A stretch of DNA of 64,000 nucleotides. Source: Caldisericaceae bacterium (GTDB taxonomy: Bacteria > Caldisericota > Caldisericia > Caldisericales > Caldisericaceae). The position numbers were made by a program, and so were the translations under genes. The stretch is taken from positions 1 to 64,000 of the forward strand of contig JBMFRX010000003.1 in NCBI GenBank assembly GCA_049967855.1. The letters are read 5' to 3'. Numbering within the stretch: the first letter of the stretch is position 1; every line of letters begins with the position of its first letter. A model generated the notes under the pieces. That model searched no databases. It was not told the DNA's origin and saw only the letters and a list, made by a program, of their open reading frames with translations. Below, piece by piece: positions 9,671 to 21,786 of this stretch.

Positions 9671-9912
9671 ATCACCAGGAATAAATAGATGAAAATGAGC
9701 ACGCCCACAAAACTAAAAATATTCAAGTTGAAGTTAAGCCCAAAAGAAATATTCATAAATACGAGGTTAAAAGTGAAGGTATTGAAGCCAAACGAGAGCG
9801 ACAAATTAAGCGATGGAAAAATGCGTCCAAGCACAACACCTACAAGCGTACCAAATACCAGACCAAGGAAAATGAAGAGCACAAGCACTCCGTATCTTTT
9901 TTTGTCGTTCAT
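9667..9912 (-). CDS. DUF4321-like small membrane protein
   Basis: 81 aa, two TMs flanking a beta-rich F.FNL...ISFG...NLN segment; usual position upstream of maf. Confidence 0.7.
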   Translation of the reverse strand: MNDKKRYGVLVLFIFLGLVFGTLVGVVLGRIFPSLNLSLSFGFNTFTFNLVFMNISFGLNFNLNIFSFVGVLIFIYLFLVI

Positions 9913-10433
9913 ATTCTCCCTACCTTTTTCAATTCATTATAGGATAGATTTGTTATTATTCCAATTGCAAAACCACTAAGGCTTCCAAGTATTATCAGCG
10001 GAATAAAGTAACCCCAGAAAGCAACGTTCTTAGTGATAGCAAGAACAAAGAAGAACTGGGCAAGGTTATTGGATAGCCCTCCAATCACGCTTATGCCAAC
10101 AGTACTGAAATATTTTTTCAGGAATTTCAAGAAGAATGCCATCACTAAGGCTGCAAAAACACCCCCGAGAAAGCTCGTTCCAAACGAAATAGGATTGAGA
10201 GTACCTTTTAGTATCGAGCCAAGAGTTGTCCTGAACACAGCAACAATTACCCCATCAAACGGCGAGAAAATCAACATAGCAAGCAACGTGGAAAAGTTTG
10301 CAAGCCCAAGCTTGGCGCCAGGTATAAACGACATAATCGGAGCCTCGAAGAAGTTGAGCACTATCCCAAGGGCAATTAGAATAGAAAGGTACGTTAGATG
10401 CTTTAAATTAGTAGGTCGTTGAGTCAATTGCAC
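9909..10433 (-). CDS. Gx transporter family / 'heptaprenyl diphosphate synthase component I' membrane protein (EetB-like)
   Basis: PGAKLGLAN and GISVIGG..NNLAQ motifs. Confidence 0.85.
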   Translation of the reverse strand: MQLTQRPTNLKHLTYLSILIALGIVLNFFEAPIMSFIPGAKLGLANFSTLLAMLIFSPFDGVIVAVFRTTLGSILKGTLNPISFGTSFLGGVFAALVMAFFLKFLKKYFSTVGISVIGGLSNNLAQFFFVLAITKNVAFWGYFIPLIILGSLSGFAIGIITNLSYNELKKVGRI

Positions 10434-10770
10434 TTTGACCTCCTACGATTGACACAGATATTCTATTTGGAAGGCAGGTTATAGACTCGCCAACTCTATC
10501 AATCCAGCCTTGTTTTACACACAGATGGTCTTTGCAAGTTGATTCAGAAACGCGCACACGATTGCCTTCGACCTCTACAATCAAATGCCCTTCGGCACTC
10601 TGCACAGGAATTGTCATCGATTCACCGCTTAACGGAATTTCCTTGTAGATTCTCCCATCAACTCTTATCTGAACGCTTGTTGAAGTTCTGCCTTGCGCAA
10701 AAAAAGATACGGCAAATACTACAAGCAAAAAAACAATGACTAACGCAATTAACCTGTCACCCTTTTTCAA
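10408..10770 (-). CDS. NusG domain II-containing exported protein (DUF1312, EetA-like)
   Basis: MKKGD + TM, then STCKDHLCVKQGWI...GESITCLPNRI. Confidence 0.9.
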   Translation of the reverse strand: MKKGDRLIALVIVFLLVVFAVSFFAQGRTSTSVQIRVDGRIYKEIPLSGESMTIPVQSAEGHLIVEVEGNRVRVSESTCKDHLCVKQGWIDRVGESITCLPNRISVSIVGGQSAIDSTTY

Positions 10771-11785
10771 GAGAAAGAATCTCCTTCAAGTTTTCGCTGT
10801 AAAATGGAGCTAAATTACCTTCAAACCCCACAATTCCCACATTGAACTTGCCTGTAAGCGCAAGCGAGTCGTCCTTGCCGAGAACAAAAAAGGCAGTTGA
10901 AAGCACATCAGAAAGGTACCCTTTGTCTGCTACGACTGTAACCGATATCACTTTAGAAGCAGGCTTTCCAGTTTTTGGGTCAAAGATATGACAGTATCTA
11001 ACTCCTCCTTCTGTGAAGAACCTTTCGTAGTCGCCAGATGTTGCAATAAACTTTGTCTCTTTGATTGACAGAGTTCCAATGATGCCATTACTTCGCGGGT
11101 TTTTGATTCCGATTTTCCAGATCTTATTCGGATTCGTGCTGTATGTCAAAACATTTCCGCCCATATTTACAATGGCTTCGGTTACGTTATGTGATTTTAT
11201 AATTTCAAGAATCCTGTCAAGAGCATACCCTTTGGCTATTCCACCGACGTCGATGGCTTCACCTTTTTTGGCAAGTGAAACTGAATTTCCTTTAATATGC
11301 AGATCATTAATATTGACCAATTCAAGCGCCTTGTTTATTTCCTCCTGAGTTGGCACTCTGTATTTCCCGTCTTTGAAACCCCAAAGCCGCGAAACTGGAG
11401 CTATGCAGATATTAAAGCTCCCCCCTGTCTTGTTGTACATATCGATTGCCTCTTCAATTATTGCAACCGTATCCTGGGAAACCTCCACAGGTTTTATACC
11501 GGCATTCTCGTTGATATTTGAAATATCACTCCCCTGGGTGTAATCATCGAAAAAATTATTGAGAGTATTTATTTCTCTTGAAATATCTTGAACAGTCTGA
11601 GTTCGCTCCTTTCCCCACACTTTAACATCGATAATTGTGTTCATACTGTAAATCTGTGCTTCGTCTGGCGCATGCACGCCAAAGCTTGCATAAATTGTTG
11701 CTGCAAGCACCAAAATAACTGCAAGAGCCAAAATAATCCTCGCGTTTCTATTCAACGATTTCAAGGCTTTCTCCACAGAAATCAC
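10757..11785 (-). CDS. apbE: FAD:protein FMN transferase (ApbE family)
   Basis: MNT, SDIS.IN, IDVGGIAKGYA, ATSGDYERFF, HIFDPKTG, D.LSTA. Start codon uncertain. Confidence 0.93.
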   Translation of the reverse strand: MISVEKALKSLNRNARIILALAVILVLAATIYASFGVHAPDEAQIYSMNTIIDVKVWGKERTQTVQDISREINTLNNFFDDYTQGSDISNINENAGIKPVEVSQDTVAIIEEAIDMYNKTGGSFNICIAPVSRLWGFKDGKYRVPTQEEINKALELVNINDLHIKGNSVSLAKKGEAIDVGGIAKGYALDRILEIIKSHNVTEAIVNMGGNVLTYSTNPNKIWKIGIKNPRSNGIIGTLSIKETKFIATSGDYERFFTEGGVRYCHIFDPKTGKPASKVISVTVVADKGYLSDVLSTAFFVLGKDDSLALTGKFNVGIVGFEGNLAPFYSENLKEILSLEKG

Positions 11786-12770
11786 ATTTCCCGTTGTGGG
11801 TGTGATTCTCTACAATTTCAAAACCATTTCTTTTTATGACTCTTCGCTTGCACTTAGGACAGTAAGTATCTTCATAGGGATGCCCCATAATGTTGCCTAC
11901 GTAAACGAAATTTAGCCCTTCTTCAATTCCAATATCATGCAATTTTTCAAGCTCTTCAACAGGCGTTGGTGGAAAATTTGACAAATCAAGGTAAGGATAA
12001 AAGCGTGTCAAGTGCCAGGGAGTTTTCTTTCCAAGTGTTTCTCTTATCCATTTGGCAAGTCCTCTAAGCTCGGCAGGATTGTCGTTAATTCCTGGGATAA
12101 CGTTTGTTACAACTTCAATGTGCATATTCCACTTGGTTTTTGCGTAGGCAGTTGTTTCAAGAATTTTTCTCCAATCGAAAATCGGCGTAATTTTCCTGTA
12201 GCTATCCTCCGAAAAGGCTTTAATATCAACTCTAAAAGCGTCGAGGAATGGCCCGATGACGTCTAAGGCTTCCTCTGTGATGGAACCGTTCGTCACGTAT
12301 ACAGTGTAAAGGCCTTTCTCTTTTGCAAGTTTTGCTGTCTCAAGAGTATACTCGAACCAAATTGTTGGCTCGTTATATGTCCAGGCAATGCCGCTTGCTC
12401 CATAGGCCAAAGCCATTTCCACTGCTTCTTTTGGGGTAATATGCTTGCTGACCGATTCGAACTTATCAAGGCTTGGGACAAATCTCGAAATGTCATAATT
12501 CTGGCACCCTCTGCAACGAAAATTGCATCCCCATGTTCCAAACGACAGAACAAGGCTTCCAGGATGAAAATGGAAGAGAGGCTTCTTTTCAATCGGGTCA
12601 ACAGCCACAGAAGAAGCGAAAGAGTCAAGCAAGGTATACAAAACACCCCCTTTGTTCACTCTAACTTTACAGAAACCAGATTTACCCTCAGGGATAATGC
12701 ATCTAAAATTGCATAGATTGCACTGAACCCTGTTGTCCGAGAGTTTGTCATACATCAATGCTTCATCCAT
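11748..12770 (-). CDS. amrS: AmmeMemoRadiSam system radical SAM enzyme
   Basis: N-terminal CxxC..C..C, DPIEKKPLFHFHPG, GCNFRCRGCQN, TYNEPTIW, C-terminal CPKC/CDFC. Confidence 0.92.
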   Translation of the reverse strand: MDEALMYDKLSDNRVQCNLCNFRCIIPEGKSGFCKVRVNKGGVLYTLLDSFASSVAVDPIEKKPLFHFHPGSLVLSFGTWGCNFRCRGCQNYDISRFVPSLDKFESVSKHITPKEAVEMALAYGASGIAWTYNEPTIWFEYTLETAKLAKEKGLYTVYVTNGSITEEALDVIGPFLDAFRVDIKAFSEDSYRKITPIFDWRKILETTAYAKTKWNMHIEVVTNVIPGINDNPAELRGLAKWIRETLGKKTPWHLTRFYPYLDLSNFPPTPVEELEKLHDIGIEEGLNFVYVGNIMGHPYEDTYCPKCKRRVIKRNGFEIVENHTHNGKCDFCGESLEIVE

Positions 12771-15007
<2,237 letters not shown>

Positions 15008-15020
15008 TTTTCCTCCTTAC

Positions 15021-15776
15021 CTATTCATTTGATTTACTAAACAACAATTTAAAATTCTTGAAAACCTGCTCTTCTAATTGACTTGGGTCAATTCCGCGTA
15101 TTCTTGAAAACTCTTCATAAACATACTTAACATACTGGGGCTCGTTTGTTTTGCCTCTGAAAGGAACTGGCGAAAGAAAAGGAGAGTCTGTTTCAAACAA
15201 GACCTTTTCAAGAGGTACACTTTTGGCAGCCTCTTTGAGCTCCCCTTTATTTTTGAACGTAAGCATCCCAGAAAAAGAAATATAGCACCCAGCCTCGACT
15301 GCACTTAAGGCATCTTTCGAATCATAATCAAAGGAATGCATCACACACTTATTATAACCTGAGTCCTTTATCACATCAAGAGTGTCTGCAAATGCCTCCC
15401 TTGAATGGACTACGTATGGAAGGCCAAACCGTTGAGCAATCTCAATTTGCTTTCTAAAGAGCTCGAATTGGATTTGCTTTGGAGAAGAATCTCTGTAATA
15501 ATCAAGGCCTATTTCTCCGATTGATATAACTTTCGGCATTTGCGCCAGTCTCTCTATTTGAGCAATATCAAAGTTTCTGTATGCTTCGTTTGGATGAATC
15601 CCGCAGGATGCATAAAAATTTGGATAAACCTTTGCTAATTCAACGGCCTCTTGCGAACTGTCAATGTCAAATCCAACTATGTTAACGACTAAATCCTGGC
15701 AACGCCTGCAAACATTTAAAATATCATCAGAGTAAAATTGTTTGAGCAAGTGTGCATGGCTATCTACAATCATCAA
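15021..15776 (-). CDS. tatD: TatD family nuclease
   Basis: DSHAHL, GIHP, IGEIGLDYY, HSREA, ETDSPFLSP; follows metG. Confidence 0.93.
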   Translation of the reverse strand: MMIVDSHAHLLKQFYSDDILNVCRRCQDLVVNIVGFDIDSSQEAVELAKVYPNFYASCGIHPNEAYRNFDIAQIERLAQMPKVISIGEIGLDYYRDSSPKQIQFELFRKQIEIAQRFGLPYVVHSREAFADTLDVIKDSGYNKCVMHSFDYDSKDALSAVEAGCYISFSGMLTFKNKGELKEAAKSVPLEKVLFETDSPFLSPVPFRGKTNEPQYVKYVYEEFSRIRGIDPSQLEEQVFKNFKLLFSKSNE

Positions 15777-17680
15777 TGTATACTTGACCCTTCATTGATA
15801 TCTCTGTCGACAGTAAGTAGAGAAAGGTTCTCATCTGTTGAGGCGGCAAGAAGCATACCGTTCGATTCTATTCCCATAAGCTTTCTTGGCTCCAAATTGG
15901 CAATTATTACGATTTTCTTCCCAATGAGGTCCTCAGGCGAATAGTGTTTGCCAATTCCTGCAACTATTGTCCTCTCACCATTATCAACCTTGAGAGTAAG
16001 CTTAACGAGTTTTTCAGATTTTGCAACGCGCTCGGCATTGATTATCTTTGCGACACGCAGATCAAGCTTATCAAAATCATCATAAGAAACGTTTGGTTTG
16101 GCTTGAACCTTTTCTGGCTCCTGCCCGTTCTTGGCAAGTTCAATTTTATCCTTTTCTATCCTTGGGAATATTGGCTCAAATTTCTCAATACGCACTCCCG
16201 ACTCAGTCTTTCCAAGCACAAGAGCGTCAGAGTTAGATACACTGCATCCAAGGTGTTCAAGGACTTCCTTTGAGACATTTGGGAGAACAGGTGAAAGCAT
16301 GACCGTGGCAATTCTTATGCCGTCAATGAGGCTATAAAGAACACCATCAAGATCCTCTTTCTCTTTTTCAAGTTTCCACGGAGCCTGCACTTGAATGTAA
16401 TTGTTAAGATAATCAACGATACCCCAGGCGGCTTCAAGCCCCCCTGACAAATTATAATTATCCATTGAACTATAATACTCGGCAATTTTATTCTCTATGA
16501 AAGCCTTGAGTTCTTCATCAAAAGAGACAGGCTTCTGGGGAACAACTCCTTCACGATATTTGTGAAGCATCGAAACAGTCCTGTTCAAGAGGTTTCCAAA
16601 ATCATTTGCAAGGTCAGAATTGTACCTTCCGAAAAAAGTGTCAATTTTGAAGTCGCCATCAAAACCAAAATTAACTTCTCTTGTTAGATAATATCTCAAA
16701 GCATCTACAGCCTTTTCCTTGCTAATGGAAGCTACTTTCATAAACTTGTCGACAAACTCCTCTGGATTGACTACATTTCCCAAAGACTTCGACATTTTTG
16801 AGCCTTCGAAATTCCAGAAGCCATGAGCAAAAATCTGCTTTGGCAAAGGCAAACCGTAGCTTAGAAGCATTGCGGGCCAGATAATTCCATGGAAACGCGT
16901 TATGTCTTTACCAATCACGTGAAGGTCGGCTGGCCAATAATGACCAAACTTTTCGCTGTCAGTTAAAAACCCAACTGAAGTAACGTAATTGATGAGAGCG
17001 TCAAACCACACATAGATTACGTGGTCCTCATCAAAAGGAACTGGCACTCCAAATTTGAAAGATTTTCTCGTAACAGAAATATCCTGAAGGCCAGATTTAA
17101 TTACATTTACAATCTCGTTGTAGCGTGACTCAGGCATCAAAAAGTTTCTGTTCTCCTCATAAAATTTGAGCAATGTATCTTGATACTTGCTCAATCTAAA
17201 AAAGTAGTTATCCTCACTTACCTTTGAAACTTCGCCTCCGCAGTGAGGACATTTCCCGTCAACAAGCTCAGAATCTCTCAAGAATGTCTCATCTCTAACG
17301 CAATACCAGCCTTCATATTTTCCAAGATATATATCGCCATTGTCATACATCTTCTTGAAAAAATCCTGAACCACTCTTACGTGATCAAGATCACTTGTAC
17401 GGATGAATCTATCGTAGCTTATTTCAAATTCACTGAACACTTCTTTCCATTTTGTGCTTGCCTTATCAATGAAGTCCTTCGGGTCGATTCCCTCGTTTCG
17501 GGCACGGTTCTCGATTTTTTGAGAGTGTTCATCGGTACCCGTAGAGAAAAATACATCAAATTTCCTGAGTCTCTTGTAGCGCGCAATTACATCAGCAGCA
17601 ACTGCCTCAGAAATAGAACCAATATGTGGGTTGTCATTGACATAGTAAATAGCGGTAGTGATATAAAATTTTTCCATCAA
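15773..17680 (-). CDS. metG: Methionine--tRNA ligase with C-terminal tRNA-binding domain
   Basis: FYITTAIYYVN, PHIGS (HIGH variant), GTDEH, YVWFDAL, KMSKS, C-terminal OB fold. Confidence 0.97.
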   Translation of the reverse strand: MMEKFYITTAIYYVNDNPHIGSISEAVAADVIARYKRLRKFDVFFSTGTDEHSQKIENRARNEGIDPKDFIDKASTKWKEVFSEFEISYDRFIRTSDLDHVRVVQDFFKKMYDNGDIYLGKYEGWYCVRDETFLRDSELVDGKCPHCGGEVSKVSEDNYFFRLSKYQDTLLKFYEENRNFLMPESRYNEIVNVIKSGLQDISVTRKSFKFGVPVPFDEDHVIYVWFDALINYVTSVGFLTDSEKFGHYWPADLHVIGKDITRFHGIIWPAMLLSYGLPLPKQIFAHGFWNFEGSKMSKSLGNVVNPEEFVDKFMKVASISKEKAVDALRYYLTREVNFGFDGDFKIDTFFGRYNSDLANDFGNLLNRTVSMLHKYREGVVPQKPVSFDEELKAFIENKIAEYYSSMDNYNLSGGLEAAWGIVDYLNNYIQVQAPWKLEKEKEDLDGVLYSLIDGIRIATVMLSPVLPNVSKEVLEHLGCSVSNSDALVLGKTESGVRIEKFEPIFPRIEKDKIELAKNGQEPEKVQAKPNVSYDDFDKLDLRVAKIINAERVAKSEKLVKLTLKVDNGERTIVAGIGKHYSPEDLIGKKIVIIANLEPRKLMGIESNGMLLAASTDENLSLLTVDRDINEGSSIH

Positions 17681-17699
17681 CAGAACTCCTTATTATTGT

Positions 17700-18044
17700 T
17701 TAGATTAATTTATTTAATTCATCAATTGAATTGCTAATTGCAAACTTTACGAGTCCAAGGTTGCCGCTATTCGTCAAGAAAACGGCAAGCAAATCCCCAT
17801 TCTTTAGCTGGGAAATTACTACTCTTCCGATTGTCCCGTCAATAATCATATCGTAGAAGTCTCCCATTTTAACTTCTGAAAGCATTGAACCTACATAACC
17901 CTTAAGGGCGGCAACAAGCCCTGCAAGTGCTATTGGGGAAGAGTCAAGGCTTGAACTCCCGTAAAGCAAGTTACCATCGTTACCAACAAGGTAAACGCCA
18001 AGCACTCCTTTTTCTTCTTTGAGTTTCGCAAGTATGTTCTCCAT
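17700..18044 (-). CDS. Roadblock/LC7 (MglB-like) domain protein
   Basis: GV.GVYLVG.DG.LL and NLGLVK motifs; 114 aa. Confidence 0.8.
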   Translation of the reverse strand: MENILAKLKEEKGVLGVYLVGNDGNLLYGSSSLDSSPIALAGLVAALKGYVGSMLSEVKMGDFYDMIIDGTIGRVVISQLKNGDLLAVFLTNSGNLGLVKFAISNSIDELNKLI

Positions 18045-18403
18045 TATTTAATTAGCTCCTTAATTGCTGGCAAAACCTTTTTCACTTCCAGTCGCACTCT
18101 TCCAAAATTCACAGGAGTGTGCATAGCTACGGCAAGGAAGTACTCCTCGTTAACAGGGTAAACAACAATGCCCAATGTTTCAGTTGTGAGGAACAACTCA
18201 GTGAGCATACCTACTTCGAGAGCTTTTATACTCTTCACAATGCCATTAAAAATTGAAGCAAGCTCAGCGCTTGCCTCTGCACTGTCCATATCTCCCTTGT
18301 CAAGAACAGAAATAGGCAAACCGTCTCGCCCGACGATTCCAACAAATGAGACTCCTTCAATATTTTCATTAACATACTTAACAGCTTCTTCAAATTCTTC
18401 CAT
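18044..18403 (-). CDS. Roadblock/LC7 (MglB-like) domain protein
   Basis: IEGV..VGIVGRDGLPI, SAELA, NFGRVRLE. Start set at ATG 18403 after SD GAGGAGG. Confidence 0.85.
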   Translation of the reverse strand: MEEFEEAVKYVNENIEGVSFVGIVGRDGLPISVLDKGDMDSAEASAELASIFNGIVKSIKALEVGMLTELFLTTETLGIVVYPVNEEYFLAVAMHTPVNFGRVRLEVKKVLPAIKELIK

Positions 18404-18467
18404 TTGCGCCTCCTCTCCCAAATATTATAAACAATTTTAATAAATTAGATAATATGGTATAATTCAA

Positions 18468-18827
18468 ATGATGAAAGGAAAAACTCTCGCCAATTTTATT
18501 GCAAAAATTATTGAAGAAAAGAAGGGTGAAGATGTTGATATAATAGACGTAAAAAAGTTTACAACCCTTACAGATTACTTCGTCATAGCAACTTCAAACC
18601 TCGCCGAACACGGGGAAGCAATTGCATACGAAATCTCAAAAAGGCTCAAAGAAAGTGGCAACGAGGTTTTTGCGATAGACAAAGGCAGCACTGCTGATTG
18701 GATTGCACTTGACTGCGGAAGCGTAATTGTCAACATAATGACAAAAGAAAAGAGAGATTTATACAACCTCGAAAGCCTTTTCAGAAACCTGGACCTAATT
18801 AACAAGAAAATAAAGGCAAACTCTTGA
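18468..18827 (+). CDS. rsfS: Ribosome silencing factor RsfS
   Basis: EKKGEDV.IIDV, TDYFVIAT, WIALD.G.VIV.I, R..YNLE.L. Confidence 0.93.
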   Translation: MMKGKTLANFIAKIIEEKKGEDVDIIDVKKFTTLTDYFVIATSNLAEHGEAIAYEISKRLKESGNEVFAIDKGSTADWIALDCGSVIVNIMTKEKRDLYNLESLFRNLDLINKKIKANS

Positions 18828-18852
18828 CAAAAAAATCAAATCTGAATATAAT
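18824..18852 (+). promoter_or_regulatory. Consensus sigma70 promoter for trxB-PDO
   Basis: TTGACA (18824-18829), 17 nt, TATAAT (18847-18852); the -35 box overlaps the rsfS stop codon. Confidence 0.85.
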
Positions 18853-18883
18853 ACCTCTGCAGTAATATTTTTGGAGGATAAAT

Positions 18884-19855
18884 ATGGATGAATTAGCTGG
18901 TTTTAACGTTCAAGTAAATCAAGATGAGATAGACACGAAGTCTACCTTTGATGTTGTAATAATTGGGGCAGGTCCTGGTGGCCTTACTGCCGCTATCTAT
19001 TCAGGTAGAAGCAAGTTGAAAACACTGGTGCTTGAGAAACTTGCAGCTGGTGGACAGATTGCTGTTAGCGAGCTTGTCGAAAACTATCCTGGTTTTCCTG
19101 AAGGAATCTCTGGCACAGAGCTTACAAAGAATTTCGGAAAGCAGGCTTTGCGCTTCGGAGCTAAGATACTCACGGCAGATGTAAGAGCAATAACCAAGAA
19201 GGGTAACTTATTTTATACCTCAACAGAGTACGGTGATATAGCAAGCAAATCAGTTATTATTGCAACTGGAGCAGATCCTGTAAAATTGCCAGTGCAGGAA
19301 GAGGAAACTTTCAGGGGTAGAGGAATTTCCTATTGCGCAACGTGCGACGGCTCCTTTTTCAAAGGCAAGGTAGTTGCAGTTGTTGGAGGAGGAGATACGG
19401 CACTGTATGATGCAATTTATCTTACCAAGTTTGCAGAAAAGGTAATTCTTGTCCACAGAAGGCAAGAACTGAGGGCTTGCAAAAGCCTGCAGGATAGAGC
19501 AGCATCAAACAAGAAGATAGTGTATGAATTACAGGCAATACCAGTCTCCATTAAAGGTGAGGGCAAAGTTGAAGCACTGATAGTGGAAAATGTTACAACT
19601 CATGAGAGAAAAGAAATTCCGCTTAATGGAGTTTTTGTTGCAATCGGAACAACTCCTAACAGCAAATTGTTTGAAAACCTTGTAAAGCTGAACCCGCAGG
19701 GCTACATTATTACAAACCCGAGAATGGAAACATCAACAGCAGGATTGTATGCAGTTGGTGATGTAAGGGAAAGCCCATTAAAACAGGTTGTAACAGCATG
19801 TGGCGACGGAGCAATAGCCGCTTTCGAAGCCGAGAAATATCTTTCGCAAAAATAG
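18884..19855 (+). CDS. trxB: Thioredoxin-disulfide reductase
   Basis: GAGPGG, ENYPGF, GISYCATCDG, GGGD.A, HRR, YAVGDVR. Confidence 0.96.
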   Translation: MDELAGFNVQVNQDEIDTKSTFDVVIIGAGPGGLTAAIYSGRSKLKTLVLEKLAAGGQIAVSELVENYPGFPEGISGTELTKNFGKQALRFGAKILTADVRAITKKGNLFYTSTEYGDIASKSVIIATGADPVKLPVQEEETFRGRGISYCATCDGSFFKGKVVAVVGGGDTALYDAIYLTKFAEKVILVHRRQELRACKSLQDRAASNKKIVYELQAIPVSIKGEGKVEALIVENVTTHERKEIPLNGVFVAIGTTPNSKLFENLVKLNPQGYIITNPRMETSTAGLYAVGDVRESPLKQVVTACGDGAIAAFEAEKYLSQK

Positions 19856-19877
19856 AAAATTTAAATAGAGGTGAAGA

Positions 19878-20558
19878 ATGGAAAAATTATTGAAAGAGAA
19901 AGATGAAGAGTACATTAGAGACCTTTTCGCAAAGAACCTTGCAGAAGAGGTAACGCTCACACTTTTTTTACAGAGCCAGGGTGGATCTTTCGTAAACAAT
20001 TACAATGAGCAATATCTCGATTACACTGAAGAGATAGTGAAAGAGGTAGCAGCACTTTCCGCCAAGATTAAGGTGCAAACTTTCAAGGATAATCCCGAAA
20101 AAGAAAAAGAATACAAAGTGAAAGAAATTTCAGCACTTTTCATTGAGGGAAAGAACACCGATAAAAACGTCGTATACTACGGCATACCTTCTGGGCACGA
20201 GTTTTCCTCTTTGCTCGAAGATATCGTTGATGCTTCCAAAGGGACAACAGAACTGCCAGAATCAGTAAAAAACCAGGTTAAAAAGATTAGTTCACCAGTA
20301 GAGATACTCGTTTTTGTTACTCCTACTTGCCCATACTGCCCTAAGGCAGTAAGAACTGCGCACCAATTTGCAATGGAAAATCATCTTATCAATGGAGTGA
20401 TGATTGAGGCAAACGAATTTCCTGATTGGTCAAATGAGAAAAATGTGAGCGCAGTACCTAAGATTGTAATAAACAACAAAGTTGAGTTTGAGGGCGCCCT
20501 CCCTGAGGATGCTTTCCTGAGTTCAGTGTACGAAGCACTCGGGATTAAATTAGTATAG
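19878..20558 (+). CDS. Protein disulfide oxidoreductase (PDO / AhpF-NTD-like, double thioredoxin fold)
   Basis: YYGIPSGHEFSSL, VFVTPTCPYCPKAV, AVPKIVIN, FEGA.PE. Confidence 0.88.
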   Translation: MEKLLKEKDEEYIRDLFAKNLAEEVTLTLFLQSQGGSFVNNYNEQYLDYTEEIVKEVAALSAKIKVQTFKDNPEKEKEYKVKEISALFIEGKNTDKNVVYYGIPSGHEFSSLLEDIVDASKGTTELPESVKNQVKKISSPVEILVFVTPTCPYCPKAVRTAHQFAMENHLINGVMIEANEFPDWSNEKNVSAVPKIVINNKVEFEGALPEDAFLSSVYEALGIKLV

Positions 20559-20583
20559 TAAGCACTAATTCTCTTTTTTCCTA

Positions 20584-20620
20584 TACCCTCTATTTAGAAA
20601 TAGGGGGTATTTTGTTTTTT
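20584..20620 (+). terminator. Rho-independent terminator after trxB-PDO
   Basis: ATACCCTCTATT-loop-AATAGGGGGTAT hairpin followed by a T-rich tract. Confidence 0.8.
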
Positions 20621-20686
20621 ACAATTAGCTCTCAAATCTACGAATGCTTTGTTAATTTCTTACTATTAGATATAATCAAATTAATT

Positions 20687-21649
20687 ATGGGAAAGAATGT
20701 TTTGGGTATTGACATCGGGGGTACGAAGATTAACGGGACAATTCTTGATGAGAAAGGCACCTTGCTCAAAGAGTTAAAAGTTCCCACAGGGGATACTGAG
20801 CATGGGTCTTTAGTCCTTTCAAGAATAGTTTACGTAATCGAGAATCTTAAAAAGGGTTTTGATGTTGAGGCTCTGGGTTTTGGAGTAGCTGGATTCATTG
20901 ACAACAATACAGGAATTGTGAAATCATCTCCCAATATCAAGTGCTTCAATGATTTCAATATTGTAGAAACATTTGAGAAAAAGTTTAATGTTAAAACTTT
21001 TGTTGACAATGATGCAAAGAGCGCAGCAATTTACGAATTGTTTTTCGGTCAGGGCAAAGATGCGAACGACTTTGTTCTTGTTGCTCTCGGCACAGGCATT
21101 GGGAGCGCAATTGTCGTAAATAGGCACATTGTAAGGGGCAAGAACAATATGGCAGGCGAAATTGGACACCTCACTTTAGACGAACACGGCAGATTGTGCG
21201 GTTGTGGCAAAATCGGCTGTTTTGAAACAATATCATCTGGCCCTGCTATAAGACAATCGGTAATAGAATCAATAATGGCTGGACGGAAAACATCTCTAAT
21301 TGAACTTTCAAATAACGATACAAACGCAATCGACGTACCACTCATAACGAGAGCTGCATCTCTTGGCGACCAGCTTTCTCTGGAAATTCTCACAAATGCG
21401 GCTCACTATGTCGGGTTAGTGCTTTCTTATCTTGCAAACATTCTTAACCCTGAAAAAATAATCCTTACAGGAGGCTTGCTCAATGCCTTTACCCCAGTAA
21501 ACAATGTAATTACAGAGGCATTTGAGAAATTCACCCTTCCGATTCCGAGGCAGGCTGTCAAGATTATTTACTCTTCAATGAACGAAAATGCCGTAAGCAT
21601 CGGCGCAGCCATTAATGCACTGAAAAAGCTAACTGGCGAGACAATTTGA
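20687..21649 (+). CDS. ROK family sugar kinase (glucokinase-like)
   Basis: GIDIGGTKI, VDNDA, LGTGIG, AGEIGH, CGCGKIGCFE. Start moved to ATG 20687, where the fold begins. Confidence 0.9.
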   Translation: MGKNVLGIDIGGTKINGTILDEKGTLLKELKVPTGDTEHGSLVLSRIVYVIENLKKGFDVEALGFGVAGFIDNNTGIVKSSPNIKCFNDFNIVETFEKKFNVKTFVDNDAKSAAIYELFFGQGKDANDFVLVALGTGIGSAIVVNRHIVRGKNNMAGEIGHLTLDEHGRLCGCGKIGCFETISSGPAIRQSVIESIMAGRKTSLIELSNNDTNAIDVPLITRAASLGDQLSLEILTNAAHYVGLVLSYLANILNPEKIILTGGLLNAFTPVNNVITEAFEKFTLPIPRQAVKIIYSSMNENAVSIGAAINALKKLTGETI

Positions 21650-21660
21650 AAGAGCTGCTC

Positions 21661-21697
21661 CTCAAAGAGTAAACTCAAAGCAAAAACTCAAAGTAAA
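21661..21697 (+). repeat. Short tandem repeat, 3x CTCAAAG with 13 nt period
   Basis: CTCAAAG at 21661, 21674 and 21687. Confidence 0.5.
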
Positions 21698-21730
21698 CAA
21701 AATTAGAAACAAAAGCTTTCGGATTTACAG

Positions 21731-21765
21731 AATAAAAATAATGGGGAGTTTGCGCTCCCCATTAT
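21731..21765 (-). terminator. Rho-independent terminator after argF
   Basis: ATAATGGGGAG/CTCCCCATTAT 11 bp stem, T-tract on the minus strand. Confidence 0.85.
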
Positions 21766-21786
21766 CAAATTTGAACAATATTAACT

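Noticed and set aside
21661..21697. 3x CTCAAAG repeat as a regulator binding site
   Set aside because: It lies between convergent gene ends, away from any promoter; probably slippage-derived.
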